From assembly GCA_964036045.1 (NCBI GenBank), contig OZ038378.1, positions 171,554,001 through 171,618,000 of the forward strand: 64,000 bases of DNA, given 5' to 3'. The translations under genes were made by a program, and so were the position numbers. How positions within the stretch are numbered: position 1 is the stretch's first letter; each line of letters begins with the position of its first letter. Shown in pieces: positions 34,061 through 45,682 of this stretch. This DNA comes from Eutreptiella sp. 'Long Island Sound 2002' (Eukaryota; Protista; Euglenida). Under the pieces are notes generated by a model. That model did not search any database. It was not told the DNA's origin and worked only from the letters and a program-made list of their open reading frames with translations.

Positions 34061-37000
34061 GGGCTGTCTTTGGAGAACGAGATGTATTCTTGCATCCCGC
34101 TTATCCTGATGTCGCTCGTGGCGGAACTGCGGTTTGCATATGTGCCGATGGTTCAGCGACGGCAGTTAACTGAGGATGGTTCACGTTTCGCCAACAGCAG
34201 TTGCCGTTTCGCCAACAGCAGCTGCTAGCTGCTGGTGAGCGGTACGGTTCAGGCGGACAGCCCCTGCTTCGTCGTCATCTTCTTCTTCTTCTTCTTGTCG
34301 TCCTCTACTGCCTCTTCCTCGTCTTCTGCTTTCTGCTGCTACCCCTGCCCGTTCGCAGGACATGCCACCTCGACCTCCAATTGTGCAGCGCCTGCTGCAT
34401 CGGCATGTCCCAAGAAACACAGGGACCAGCACCCGTGGCAAACGTGTTGCCGCCTGTGGCTCTGTGAGAAGCCACAACCTGCCTTGCTCTCTGCTACTGT
34501 CCGCTGCAGACCTGGCCCCCCGTGGCCCCCCCAGACGTGTCAACCTGAACTGAAGGCATCTACGTTCACCCTCAAATGCTTCCTGCCACCCCCTGCATGC
34601 CGCTCCTGCATGCCTTCCCCAGCACCTTTGTTTTGCTTTCGCCCACGCCCTCCTGCCGCCACCCTACGTCTCACCCCCGTTAGCCCGTGACATCTACTTC
34701 CAACGGTTGCAATCACCGCTTCATGCGGGACGTGTGCCTTGTCATGCGGAACCCGTGCATGCAGGATAGGACCCTGCACCAGTGCCATATTTGTGCCTGG
34801 AAGACAGAGGGGACGCCGGTAGCACTGGAGCTCCAGCCCCCCCCCCCCTCCCCCCCAAATTCCGTCTGCAGATTCTGCACGAGTGTGCGGGTGCAGTGAT
34901 GACCTTTCTCCCACTGCCCCAGAGTTTCTATGAATTAGCCATTTTGGGTGATCTGATCCATGAATTTGAATCAAACAGTTCGCGAAAAGGGCGTTTTTCG
35001 TAATGGCACCCAGACATCACCGCCAGTGCTCTTAGGTGCGTGCCTGTGCAGAAGATGAATGCTTAGCCTACGGCATTACAAAGGGAAGCATAAGCCCCCT
35101 CCCTCTGCCACATCATTCAGCACTGGACTCAGTTTCAGTGCAGTCCTACAGTGAACCGGGGTTTTCAGTCCCATCTCAAAGCCAAATCGGGCACATGCAT
35201 GTCGAAGCCCAGGTCACCGACGCCGTCGGTGCCAACCCACAACACATTTCGCTCCAGACGGACCCCCCATTGCTGCTATTTTCAATGCCGTTCTGTCGCC
35301 CCGACCCCGAGCACTCTGGCCTCTCCCCTGCCCGTCTGTGCCCTCTGCCATATAGCTCTCCCAGGAGCACACACGAGTGCACCCGGATGCATCCCAATCA
35401 ACCGCTGGTTCCAAAGGGCTACTTTAAGATCATACCCTTTATCACAGTTTGCGTCCCAGTCACTTTATAGAGTTCCGAGTTTGGGTTGTACCACTGTTTT
35501 GAAGTTGAGCTGTCCATCGGCCGCTGGTGACATGGAGGGCAGTATCTTCAGCAATGCAGTGTAGTCCCATCCCCCAGAGGAGCTTGTGTGGCAGAAATTT
35601 TTGGAGTGGACACCATTTCCCTGTCCCGACCAAAACAAATGACCGACCTTTTCCGAGTTTTGCCTGGCCAGCCACCCATTTGAGACAGCTTTCAAGGGCA
35701 TTCATTTTCCTGACTCAAAAGTCCTGGTCAGGGCTGCTGTTCTCACATCTCAAATTTTCAACCCATGTGGTGCCCAAGGGTTGTGGTCATAAACAGCCCA
35801 AATGCACCGTTCACATACCTGCTGCACCCAGCGCTCCTCAGTGCCCCTCGAACCCTTTGTCTTTGCGCATCCTCTGTCCCAACGTGCAGGTCATGAAAGT
35901 TGTCACCTGATGCGGTTCAGTCTGTGTGACGCCCTCCCTGGCCTTCCCGCCAGTAGCGCCCGCAGTGTCTGTGGCTGTGGTGCAGCTCTGATGCATGGGT
36001 GCCTGGATATCATTTATTGTACATTGAGATTTAGAACCGAAGTCGATTGGAAAAACAGTTTCTGCAGTTGTGCACGCCCCCCCCCCCCCCCCGGGCTTTC
36101 TTCATGGGGCCACCTCTTCAGGGGCGCCAAAGGGACAGGGTCTACAGGTTGGTGGGACCTGCCGGCAAACTGAATCCATCCCCCCCCCCCCCCCCCAAAA
36201 AGACAACAGCAGCAGCAGCAACAACAACAACAACAAGGCACCCAATGGCACCTTTAGGGGGGCACTGACTAGGAGTGCAAGTCCGGGGGCCAACAGGGAA
36301 CCCTAGGAGATATCTGCAAGGGGTGTGGTGGCAGGCAGAAGCAGGAGAGGTACGCCACACCTGCCACCACTGGCCAGAACCATTGGCCCCAAAGCCTTGG
36401 AAGGTCCAGTGAGCTGCATGAGGCAGGGACCGGGATGAGACCGACGGCATGAGGGGCGCAGCAATGACAGGGGCAAATTCTTCGACGACACAATTTTTTA
36501 TATTAATTGTTGACATCACTCATACATACATACACTGGGGAAAACCACTTGAAATAGATGAGAGTGAAACAGTTGCCCCTTGCTCACACGTCCCTCCCGT
36601 GCCGGTTCCAGATGCCGGCATGCTTCATGTTCAATCTTTCCCGTGGGTGTCAAGGTTGGAGGGTGCTCACCACCGACTTGGGAAACGTAACACAGGGCGA
36701 AGGGGTTTCAGATGACCAAGTGTTACCCATCAGTGGTGCGCAGCATTTCTAGGCATTTTGGCACTGATTTGTGTTTCCATTTTTTGGTGCAAGCACCCAC
36801 ACCCGGGTTGACACCTCAGCTCTGCATGGGGCTGATACCTTGTTGTGGGTACACCCAAGGGGGGGGTTCCTCTGTGCAGGGTTGGTTCCACTGTGATTGA
36901 TTTTTTTTTAAGGGTGGGGAGGTTGAGGGGAGTTGGCAGTGGGGGAATTAACAGAACAGTGGCTTGCCAAACCCCAAATCAATGTATGACCAGCAAGGCA

Positions 37001-38255
37001 TGGGGCACTGCACATTTTTGCAGTCCCCGCGTTTTCTTCAAGAGACCACCTCTTCAGCGGACCACCAAAGGGTTTGTTCAGGCTCACATGCCCCCACCAA
37101 TGCTGTCCTAGGCACAATCCAAGACTTCTTTGCCTTGGAGGGGGGGGGGGCATACAGCAGACGTTTTGTAGCCATTGCCATTTTGATGTGTGACAGCTTT
37201 GGGAACCCTGATGCCATTTTGATGTGTGACAGCTTTGGGAACCCCGATGCAGGAACCGGACCCGGACGGGGCTTGGATGCAGAACTCTACGTTTTGCAAG
37301 GGGGCACAGGGCTGTGTGACCAGCTGCCCACACCTCATGTACTCCAACACCGCAAATATCTCCCCCTTCTCCGATGATCCCTTCATTGTTGCATCAGCAT
37401 GCCCGCGGGTTGAATGTGTCTCATTTTTTAATAACTTGACACCCAGGTTCAAAAAGAGAAGATTGCATGGTGAGCTGGTGCAAGAAAAGGGGGATATAGT
37501 GTTCAAGTGGGCAAACATTCACAAAACATGTGTCCATGACCGTGGCAAATTTGCAAGCAAACCCATATCTATTGTGACTGCACTACATGTGGTGCCGAAT
37601 TAAATTAGGTCCCAAATTGATACATTCCCCATGCCCTGAGACAAAGGGGGGCCATAACATCAGCTTTTGAATTTACCAGCATAGTCGTAACCCTATGCCA
37701 GACTCAATGAGTTCAATCAATGGTTCTCTTCTTCTCTTCCTCTACTTCCTGTGCCGCTTGCGCTGCTCACACAACGCAAACCAATTATGCACCAAATGTT
37801 GCTTTGAGGTCACCGTGCTCTCACGGCTGTCAAATGTTTCATGGACAGACTAGTTTAGCTCGCGATTCATCCTCCAACTACATCTTAGCTCAAGGATAGG
37901 GTAAGCCCACATTAGGCACATCCCCACCCTTATATTGCTTGACACAGGGCATAACCACTCTCTCTCTCCCTTCCTGAAGCACCCCAGCCTTTGACGTACG
38001 TGTAGTACATGGCGGGGTCTTCTCAATCCCTCGGGTGTCCCTTTCGCAACAGCAATGTCCCACTCACCCCCACCAACCCCAAGGAGGCCCCCGTGCCACT
38101 TGGGGGATAAACATACCCCGCCTGCGGCTCTAGGGAGGGCACAAAGGGTGGGCACCCACTGTCACTCTCCAGACAACACAAGGCTATAGCAAATTCTTGT
38201 AGAACGTGGTTGCACATCCATGCTTCACTTGGGAGGAGTACCGCATACAACATAG

Positions 38256-38490
38256 GGTGCTTGCCCCGGTGGTAGAGTAAAGGGCATCAGTGCTACCGAC
38301 GCTAGTTCAAATCCCACCAAGGCACTCCTCCTCCGCCCCCTAAGTACCGCCAGGCGAAGGATAAAGGCGGGGGGGAGGTTGTGCCCACGGAGCCCCCAAA
38401 CTATTGTTGTTTCAATGCTCTATGTCAAGTCCACAGAGTGAGCTTAGAGAACACTGTTTGACAAATCTGGTCCTAAAAATAGGAACACAG
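38256..38490 (+). mobile_element. tRNA-derived SINE, 235 bp
   Basis: tRNA-like head (A-box-like tgccccggtgg, B-box-like agttcaaatcc, gtgcttg/caaggcac pairing) starts immediately after an 8-bp TSD caacatag (38248-38255, 38491-38498). Confidence 0.7.
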
Positions 38491-38660
38491 CAACATAGCA
38501 CAAGAGGGTACAATGCACTTTTTGGAGCCGCCAAAGGGCGGCTGGACAAGGTTGGGGGGTTCTTTTTTTAACTCTCATTTGTTGTGATCCATGTTTAATA
38601 CTCCATGCTCAATCATGGTGATATAGCCCCCGTCCCTGGAGCAGGGGCTCCGTTGAGGGC

Positions 38661-39154
38661 GCGCGGTGCGCGTGTAGTGCAACTATTTGGGCGTTTGGCC
38701 GTACTACAAACCCATACTTTGAGATACTAGGGGCATAATTGTTGCCTCTAGCGTATGTTTTGACTTTGAATCCACGCTTTGTTGCGTGGCCCCTTGAGTT
38801 GGGGTTAGGGGCTCGCAATCCACGTTGTGTTGCGTGGCCCCTTGAGTTGGGGTTAGGGACTCGCAATCCACGGGGTGTTGCGTGGCCCCTTGAGTTGGGG
38901 TTAGGGACTCTCAATCCACACTTTGTTGTGTGGCCCCTTGAGTTGGGGTTAGGGACTCGCAATCCACGGGCTGTTGCGCGGCCCCTTGAGTTGGGGTTAG
39001 GGACTTGCAATCCACGCTTTTTTGCGTGGCCCCTTGAGTTGGGGTTAGGGACTCACAATCCACGCTTTGTTGCGTGGCCCTTTGAGTTGGGGTTAGGGAC
39101 TCGCAATCCACGCTTTGTTGCGTGGCCCCTTGAGTTGGGGTTAGGGACTCGCAA
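38661..39154 (+). mobile_element. Truncated copy of the satellite-bearing transposon: left-arm fragment plus 8 copies of the 48-bp unit
   Basis: 38676-38768 matches 17409-17500 (agtgca.ctatttgggcgt..cccatactttgagatactaggggcat..ttttgactt) and runs into the same unit at 38769-39154. Confidence 0.85.
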
Positions 39155-39367
39155 GATAAGATAAGATTCTTGAGATGTTGCTCCATGTACATGAGAATAG
39201 CATTGGGGTGCACCCCTTTGACCCTCAACTAGATGGTGTTCAATGGTGGATTAAGCGTTGCGGCGGATCTCGGTCAATGAGACTGCAAATTAGTTATATG
39301 GGTCTTGATGCCTACTGTGCCGAGGAGTTTTGGCTGAAGTCCCCCCCCCCCCCCCCCGTGTCCAACG

Positions 39368-39584
39368 TTTCCTCTACACGCTGCTGAGCACACCCCCATG
39401 CGAAAGGCGATATGCCTGACAGGGGATGACACGCAGGGGGGAGTAGGAAAGGTCGGGACAGTGATGCAGATAACAACTCGGCGTAGCTCAGTGGGTATAC
39501 CGCACCTCTTCTGTCCTGTGGAGGAGGGTTCGAACCCCGGGGGGGGATAGAGATCCACCGAACGTCCCGAAAACCCCTTTATGC

Positions 39585-39621
<37 letters not shown>

Positions 39622-40389
39622 GCGCAATGGGAGGAGGACCAGAGAGAAGAAGAGAGAGAGAGAGAGAGAGGGCAGGAGAGAGAGAGAGGGAGAGAGGGGG
39701 AGAGAGACCCACAGAGCAAGAGTCGGAGGCTAACCGGCACTGTGGAAGGGTGGTGGGTTCGAGCCGACCAGGGTGTGTGGGCAGCCATTGCAGCATAGAG
39801 CTGAACAGCTTAATGGTGAAACATCGGGACGCCTTTGCGCCCCCGGAGCACGGGCGTGACACGTCATTACGTGTCAGAAAGCCCGAGCACGACAGGGGCA
39901 GCGAGAGTGCGGCCCACGGGAGGGTGGTGGGTGCGAGTTGACTTGGATATGTGGGCGGCCAGCGCACACATGGTGTGGTACTGAACAGGTATGCGCCACA
40001 ATACAGCAATGCATCTGTTGAAGTGTCAAGCCACAAAAATTTTTGGTGCAACGTTGAGACGCCTTTGCGCCCCCAAAGGCGCCTTTGCGCCCCCGGAGTT
40101 CGGATATGACACGTCTTCACGTGTCAGAGAGCAAGAGCAAGACAGGGGCAGCAAGAGCAAGACCTGCAGGGCAAGGGTTAGAGACTAACCGGCACTGTGG
40201 GAGGGTGGTGGGTGCGAGCTGACCTCGATGTACAGATGGCCAAGGCCAAAGCACAGTCAGCAGCCACCTGGAGTGGTACAGAACTGGTCTGCGCTGCAGT
40301 GCAGCGAGGAAAAACACTGAACTATGTGGTTATGACCATGCGCCTGTGACACGGGGGCGTATGCGAGCCCAGTATCCGTTGCCTCATGG
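39368..40389 (+). mobile_element. Longest copy (1022 bp) of SINE-like family B with internal tRNA-like segment, (GA)n tract and internal repeats
   Basis: 12-bp TSD ccgtgtccaacg (39356-39367, 40390-40401). A-box tagctcagtgg 39484-39494 and B-box ggttcgaaccc 39527-39537. 3' end ...gtatccgttgcctcatgg is shared with 42521 and 61114. Confidence 0.8.
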
Positions 40390-40533
40390 CCGTGTCCAAC
40401 GAACACTGTGTCCAACGAACACTTCCCGTTCGGACCGTATTTTCTGGGGACCTAATTAATTTGGTACTTATTTAGGTACCAAACATCAGAACAGAGGTTT
40501 TAGGCTAATGTTGCGGTGAAATGAGGGGCTGTT

Positions 40534-42192
40534 GGGGGAACGTTAGCGCGGCGAGCGCGCGCCGGGCATCTTTTTTGACCCGTGCCCCACCGGTGGCCTT
40601 TTAGGGGGTGCACTAAGGGGGCGCACTTAGCGCAAAGCAGCTATTTGGGCGTCTGGCTGTACTAGAGACTGCCGCTTCTACTCGCGCCAAGAAGAGCCCG
40701 AAGCCCAGGGAGCACATTCAGCTTTTCCGCATGAAGCGGGACCGCAACAAAGGCTTCTACTCTGAAAAGTGTCAAGTGGAAGTCTCCATCGCATTCTGCT
40801 TTGAATGGGCTGGGTGTCTTGTGCCTAGGGATGTGTTACCGTGGATTCACAATATTGTCGCGCGCACCGAACACTGTGTCCAACGAACACTACCCGTTTG
40901 GACCGCATTTTTTGGGACATAATTATTCGTTGGACACGGGGGGGGGGGGTATGGGCACGAGGACATACTTCCGCGCGAGCATTTGTTTCGCTTCTTTTTC
41001 TTCTTGAAGGACACTCCTCCTTATGGGTGTGCGCATCTCCTCTCCGGAGCAAAGGGGTGCTCTGAGGATGGGGAAGTGTGCATCGTGTTCGTTCTTACTT
41101 GAATGGTGTTGTCGCCAAAATTCGATGGGTGGAAAGGTTGTCTCAATGGAACCATGTCCCACACTTTTCCTATTTTTTGACACATTATGTGGACAGCATG
41201 CCCATCGGTTGTATAGGAAGCATCCTTTGTGATGTCCTCTTCAATCTGAATTATGCGGGTTGCACATGTAAAGTAATGGTTGCCATTGACAGTCTTGGCA
41301 ACATTGTTTGGATTTGTCCGTTGGCCCCGGGGACATGGCGGATGTTCTCATTTGGGATCGCGAGGGGCCCAAAAGGTTAAAGGGACATTATATGGATTAT
41401 GAGATAGGCTCCATGGATGGTGCATATAACGGGCGCCTCCATGTGGTATGGCCCTTTATCGGTCGAAAGACTTTGACGGAGCGCCAAAAGGAATACATGT
41501 GCATGGTTTCTATAGGGCACGGAATGAGCACTTGTTTGCATGCATGTGGCATTGGGGCATTGTAAGGAACATATGGAGGGGATGCGGTACTAATTTGCAT
41601 GAGTACGTGCGTGTACTCTTGCATTTGCAGCAATTTTTGATTCGAAGACAAGTACGGTACCCTTCATATGGTCCATGGGAACATGTACCCGCACATGTAT
41701 GGGCCGCACCTACACAGGAGGACAATGATGATGAGGATGTTGTGGGTCACAATGGGGATGTATGTGCCCTTTGTTGCACCCAGTCTGACCCTGAGAAGAT
41801 GTCCATGTGTGACAAAAGTCAGTTGGAATATTGTACAGATTGCATTGACACACATACATGTGGCAATGTCACGGTGCTTTAATTCAGCAACTGTTCCATG
41901 TTCTGCACACAAGTTGCTCATCCTCATTTTGTACTTCTTGGACAATTGAACCGAAAGAAGGACATGTGTTGTTGAGAGTGGACATTTGGGGTTGCGACCA
42001 TCGCTGTTCATGGCTTTTCGCATTTTGCATGATGTCGTATGTGGAGGGAAGGTAGCTTGCATTTGTCTTCAACTGCGGTAGTTCGGGTGACCTGAATTTA
42101 GGGGCCTTTGGAAGGGGTGGGCCTGGGGTCTCTTCGGGGGGAACCTAGTGTAAAAGTAGCGCGCAATGCGCGCGCAGTGCAAGGGCTCCCCC
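40534..42192 (+). mobile_element. Decayed PIF/Harbinger-group transposon containing the transposase pseudogene
   Basis: Left end gggggaacgttagc followed by the 17309-type arm; right end gcaagggctccccc. The TSDs do not match (gtt/tga), so the two ends may come from different copies. Confidence 0.6.
40950..41882 (+). pseudogene. IS5/PIF-Harbinger-like DDE transposase pseudogene (HTH_Tnp_4-like + DDE_Tnp_4-like + C-terminal Zn finger)
   Basis: LPREHLFRFFFFLK (HTH region); YVDSMPI; KVMVAIDSLGNIVWICPLAPGT/ADVLIWD; MDGAY; LTERQKEY..YRARNEHLF (D-D-E); C-terminal CALCC..C..C..CTDCIDTHTC. At least three frameshifts. Confidence 0.8.
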
Positions 42193-42349
42193 TGATGCAA
42201 CCAAAACACGTTCAGACCCACAACCAAAACACGTTCAGGCCCACAGAGGATCAGAATGAGCAGTGGCGAGAGGCCAATAGACGCCGCCAAAGGCAAACAA
42301 TCAGATACCGGGGCCTTGTGCCAACCCCCCCCCCCCCCCCCCTCCTTTG

Positions 42350-42521
42350 ACCCAGATGTACAGACAGATGGCCAAGGCCAAAGCACAATCAAAAGCCACC
42401 TGGAGTGGTACAGAACTGTTCTGCGCTGCAGTTCAGCAAGGCAAAACACTGAACTGTGTGGTGATGACCATGCGCCTGTGACACGGGGGCGTATGCGAAC
42501 CCAGTATCCGTTGCCTCATGG
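42350..42521 (+). mobile_element. 5'-truncated copy of SINE-like family B (172 bp)
   Basis: Matches 40225-40389. TSD ccctcctttg (42340-42349) / cccccctttg (42522-42531), 9/10. Confidence 0.75.
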
Positions 42522-42790
42522 CCCCCCTTTGTAATACAACGTATTAATTTGGCACCTAATTTGATTCGCTACAAATGTAGTGCAGCCACATAAGACATGG
42601 GTTTGGTGACAAATTTGCCAGCTACATCGAGCCATGGACACATTCTTTGTGAGTGTTTGCCCACTTGAACCCACACAGCTCTGATTTTGGGGACATTTGT
42701 GCATTATCTTCCCTTTTCTAGCACCACCTCACCATGTTCATGGTACGTGCAAGCTACGGTGTTGTCTAAGCTACAATAGGCGCAGGGACC

Positions 42791-42975
42791 CCCCATTTCG
42801 AGGTCGCTGAATCCAAAAGTGCAAGAATTTTGCGAATCTGAGACAGTGGCATCGAGATACGGGGGGGGGGGTCCTAATGAGCGGGGGGGGTCCTAAACTC
42901 GTTAATAACCGCCCCACCGGCCAAATCTGAGTTGATATTCGGATTCAGCGACCTCAAAATAGGGGGGGGGGGGGG
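42791..42975. mobile_element. MITE with CCCC(T)ATTTYGAGGTCGCTGAATCC TIR
   Basis: ccccatttcgaggtcgctgaatcc (42791-42814) versus ggattcagcgacctcaaaatagggg (42941-42965). Confidence 0.75.
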
Positions 42976-43590
42976 AGGTACTAGGTTACCCACAGAGGTG
43001 CCCGGGGGGCCCCGCTGCAGTACCGACTCAAGGGAGGTCTGGGGACGCGCGCTGCTCCTGGGCGGAAGTGTCCGCCGGGGAAAAAAAACACCGCCGGGCC
43101 AAAACTCAAATGTTTGAGTTTGTTTATACTCTTGGCATGTGGTAGCTCGTTGGATTGGGGCTGAAAGCGGGATGCCAGGTTTTTTTACGGTTTGTCCAAA
43201 CTCCCCGTCTAGAAAAAGTTCTCCCCCGAACACTGTGGGAAAGTGAGGTAAAAATGAAAACAAAAATTGTAGCGTCCAAAAGTGTCACTTATTAAAAGAT
43301 AATGCACTTTGTTTTTGACTTTTGGGGGGTCATTTCCAGGGTGTATTCAGGGTACAAGTAGGACTTTTTGGGCAAGTTGTGGTGTGTTTTGGGCCCCCAT
43401 TTTTTGGTGAGTAACCTCAAACCCAAGTTCTTTTGGCCAAAGTAAGTCCCCCCAAGGGCCCCCAAGGGTCTGAGTTGCGCAGTTTTGGTGGGGTGCGCAG
43501 TTTGGGGGTAGGGGATGGTTTGGCAAAGTGAAACCTGGTCCCCCCATAAAATGGAGCTGGTGTGGATATATTTTGAAAACAAAGTACCTA

Positions 43591-44116
43591 CCCCCCCCCT
43601 ATTTTGAGGTCGCCCGATCGCGTGGTGACGTCCGATCTCACCGTTGGGGCCGTTCCTACGGAGTTTTTCAGCCCATTCCTAACGAGTTTTGGGGGGGGTC
43701 TAAAACTGGTATATTGGCTCAGAATTGGGCGAAACCACCATCAAAATCGTGTCTCCGACCCCGAAATAGGGGGTAATGTGTTCTCTGATTTCATTTTTAC
43801 CATCGGGAACAACCCCCCCCCCCCCATCCCGGTAGGATTTGCACACAGGCTGCAGGGGGCCATTTTGGGCACCCGTGGGAAAATCAAGGTACCCATCCAA
43901 ATCTGACAAGTCAGGTAACCCCATACCCTAATTTGAGGTCGCTGAGTACGAATCTGATGCCTGTTTTGCAAAATTTTACGATATGTTGAAGGAATTCCAC
44001 GAATACACGTTAAAAACGCACTCGTTAGGACTCTCCAAAACTCGTTAATATACGCCCACATCGTGACGTGGCGACCTCCCTTCGTAACGAGCGACCTCGA
44101 AATAGGGGGGGGGGGG
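43591..44116. mobile_element. 526-bp MITE of the same TIR family with TA TSD
   Basis: TA|ccccccccctattttgaggtcgc ... gcgacctcgaaatagggggggggggg|TA. Confidence 0.8.
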
Positions 44117-45125
44117 TATACTTTGTTTGTCATATGGGGCCACAATGCCGAAGAGCTATAGTTATGGGGTAAAAAAGGACTTTTTCGTAGCTATTACAAG
44201 GGGGGGGGGTACATGCACACGGAATTGTGGATTGCATATTGGGGTACAAGCATCGTTCCCTGGATGGATGAGTGCAGACTTCTAATTATGTAGTAGGCTG
44301 CACCTTCCTGCCTTCCATGCTGTTTATTGCCACCGACGGGATGCTCTGTTGCAAGCTGCACACAGCAGCCTCTACTGCACACCACTCTGCTGTGCCCAAC
44401 ATGAAGTACCCTCTGCAGTATCCTCAGCAGCGCTTTCTCTGCCTCCCCTCCCCCTTTCTATGTTGGAGATGGTCAGGAGGGTACCGGTACCCAAGTTGGT
44501 CCGAAGTGCACCTTTAAGTTTGCTCTTGGAGACAACGATGACGGGCTGATCTTGGATTCAAAGCTCAGTGGTTGCCGCCATGTGATTGTTGGGGCCCCTA
44601 AGAAGGTGTTGCACGCACCGTGTACGCAGTGTGTGCACACTTCTCAACGTTTTGGTATGTCTGTTGATATGCGCGCTGCCTTTTGCCACATTGTAGGCTC
44701 AAAGGTGTTGTGGTAAGGTGTGTGCGACGGGGTGCCTGCAACTGCATAGAAATCTCCTGCCACCTATTCATGCATGTTGTTGTGTCCCTCATGGTCATTT
44801 TTATTGTCCCTCAGCTTGGATTTACTCTGTCTTTGTCCTGGGTCACCCCTGGACATGTTTTCTACCATTGCATGAGTACCGGTGAGCGGGTTCCAGCCAT
44901 TCTGTTGGGTTCTTCACCACAGCCTAGGGACTTTTTGCGGATAAATATGAAGTTGGTGGAAAAGCAATTGTCCACCAGGCTGCCTTCAACCACTGTCGCA
45001 CTGTGCACACGTGCACACAGTGTGGCACCTTTTGGATGTTTCCGGAGATTTTACCTGCTGAAGCAGGCACCCAAAAACCACTATGGCAGGGGTTCCTAGA
45101 GGCTTATGAATGATTCCCAAAGGCC

Positions 45126-45312
45126 TGGATGGTTCGGGTTACTTCTTGGTGGCCTCCACGTGGTTGCTGTTAATTTCTGATGCCCTCTGCTTGGTTACTG
45201 TCAGTTCCTGGTGCATTCTGCTTGGTTACTATTGATTCTTGGTGCCTTCTGCATGGTTACTGTTCATTCTTGGTGGCTTTTGGATGGTTGCTGTGTATTC
45301 GTGCAGGCTTCT
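45126..45312. repeat. Degenerate 31-bp minisatellite, about 6 copies
   Basis: tgcttggttact...ttc(c/t)tggtgc.ttc units at 31-bp spacing. Confidence 0.75.
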
Positions 45313-45682
45313 AGATGTTTCCTATTAATTCCTGGTGCCTACTGACGCCCTCAAGGTTGTCAGCTCCTGACACACCCTGATGCAGTGTCATGCCGTGAAG
45401 GTATGGACCTTGGGGAATTGAGCCCTTTTGGGATGGTTTAGACCAGCGAGGGTGACCTCCTCCTACTAGACTTTCACACCCGCATTCATGGTCCAAGCGG
45501 AGAAGAGGGGGAGGATGTGTGCCATTGCAGCAAGGCCCAACATCATTCTGCTGTGCAGCTTTCTCAAGCCCTATGCTCATGCCACGTTTTGAGATACGTT
45601 GTGATGGACGTTCTGGCACTCGCACTTTTCGTTGACCCGTTGTTTTCCATTCCGTCCCAGGCAAGCTCCTCATATTCTTCTC

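Larger units (their letters stand above)
42522..44209. mobile_element. C-run/G-run-terminated TIR element containing nested MITEs
   Basis: Left cccccctttgtaat and right attacaagggggggggg followed by TA. Confidence 0.5.

Noticed and set aside
33670-34173. Poly-Ser and Arg/Gly-rich ORFs
   Set aside because: Translations of a microsatellite.
39381-39418. Hammerhead ribozyme in the SINE B leader (CTGCTGA..GAAA with stems II and III)
   Set aside because: The core has C at the conserved A6, the cleavage triplet ends in G, and no stem I is evident. The leader may still be structured; an Infernal search against ribozyme models would settle it.
16321-39545. Functional tRNA genes at 16321, 38256 and 39480
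   Set aside because: A/B boxes are present, but acceptor and anticodon stems are defective and each lies inside a TSD-flanked element.
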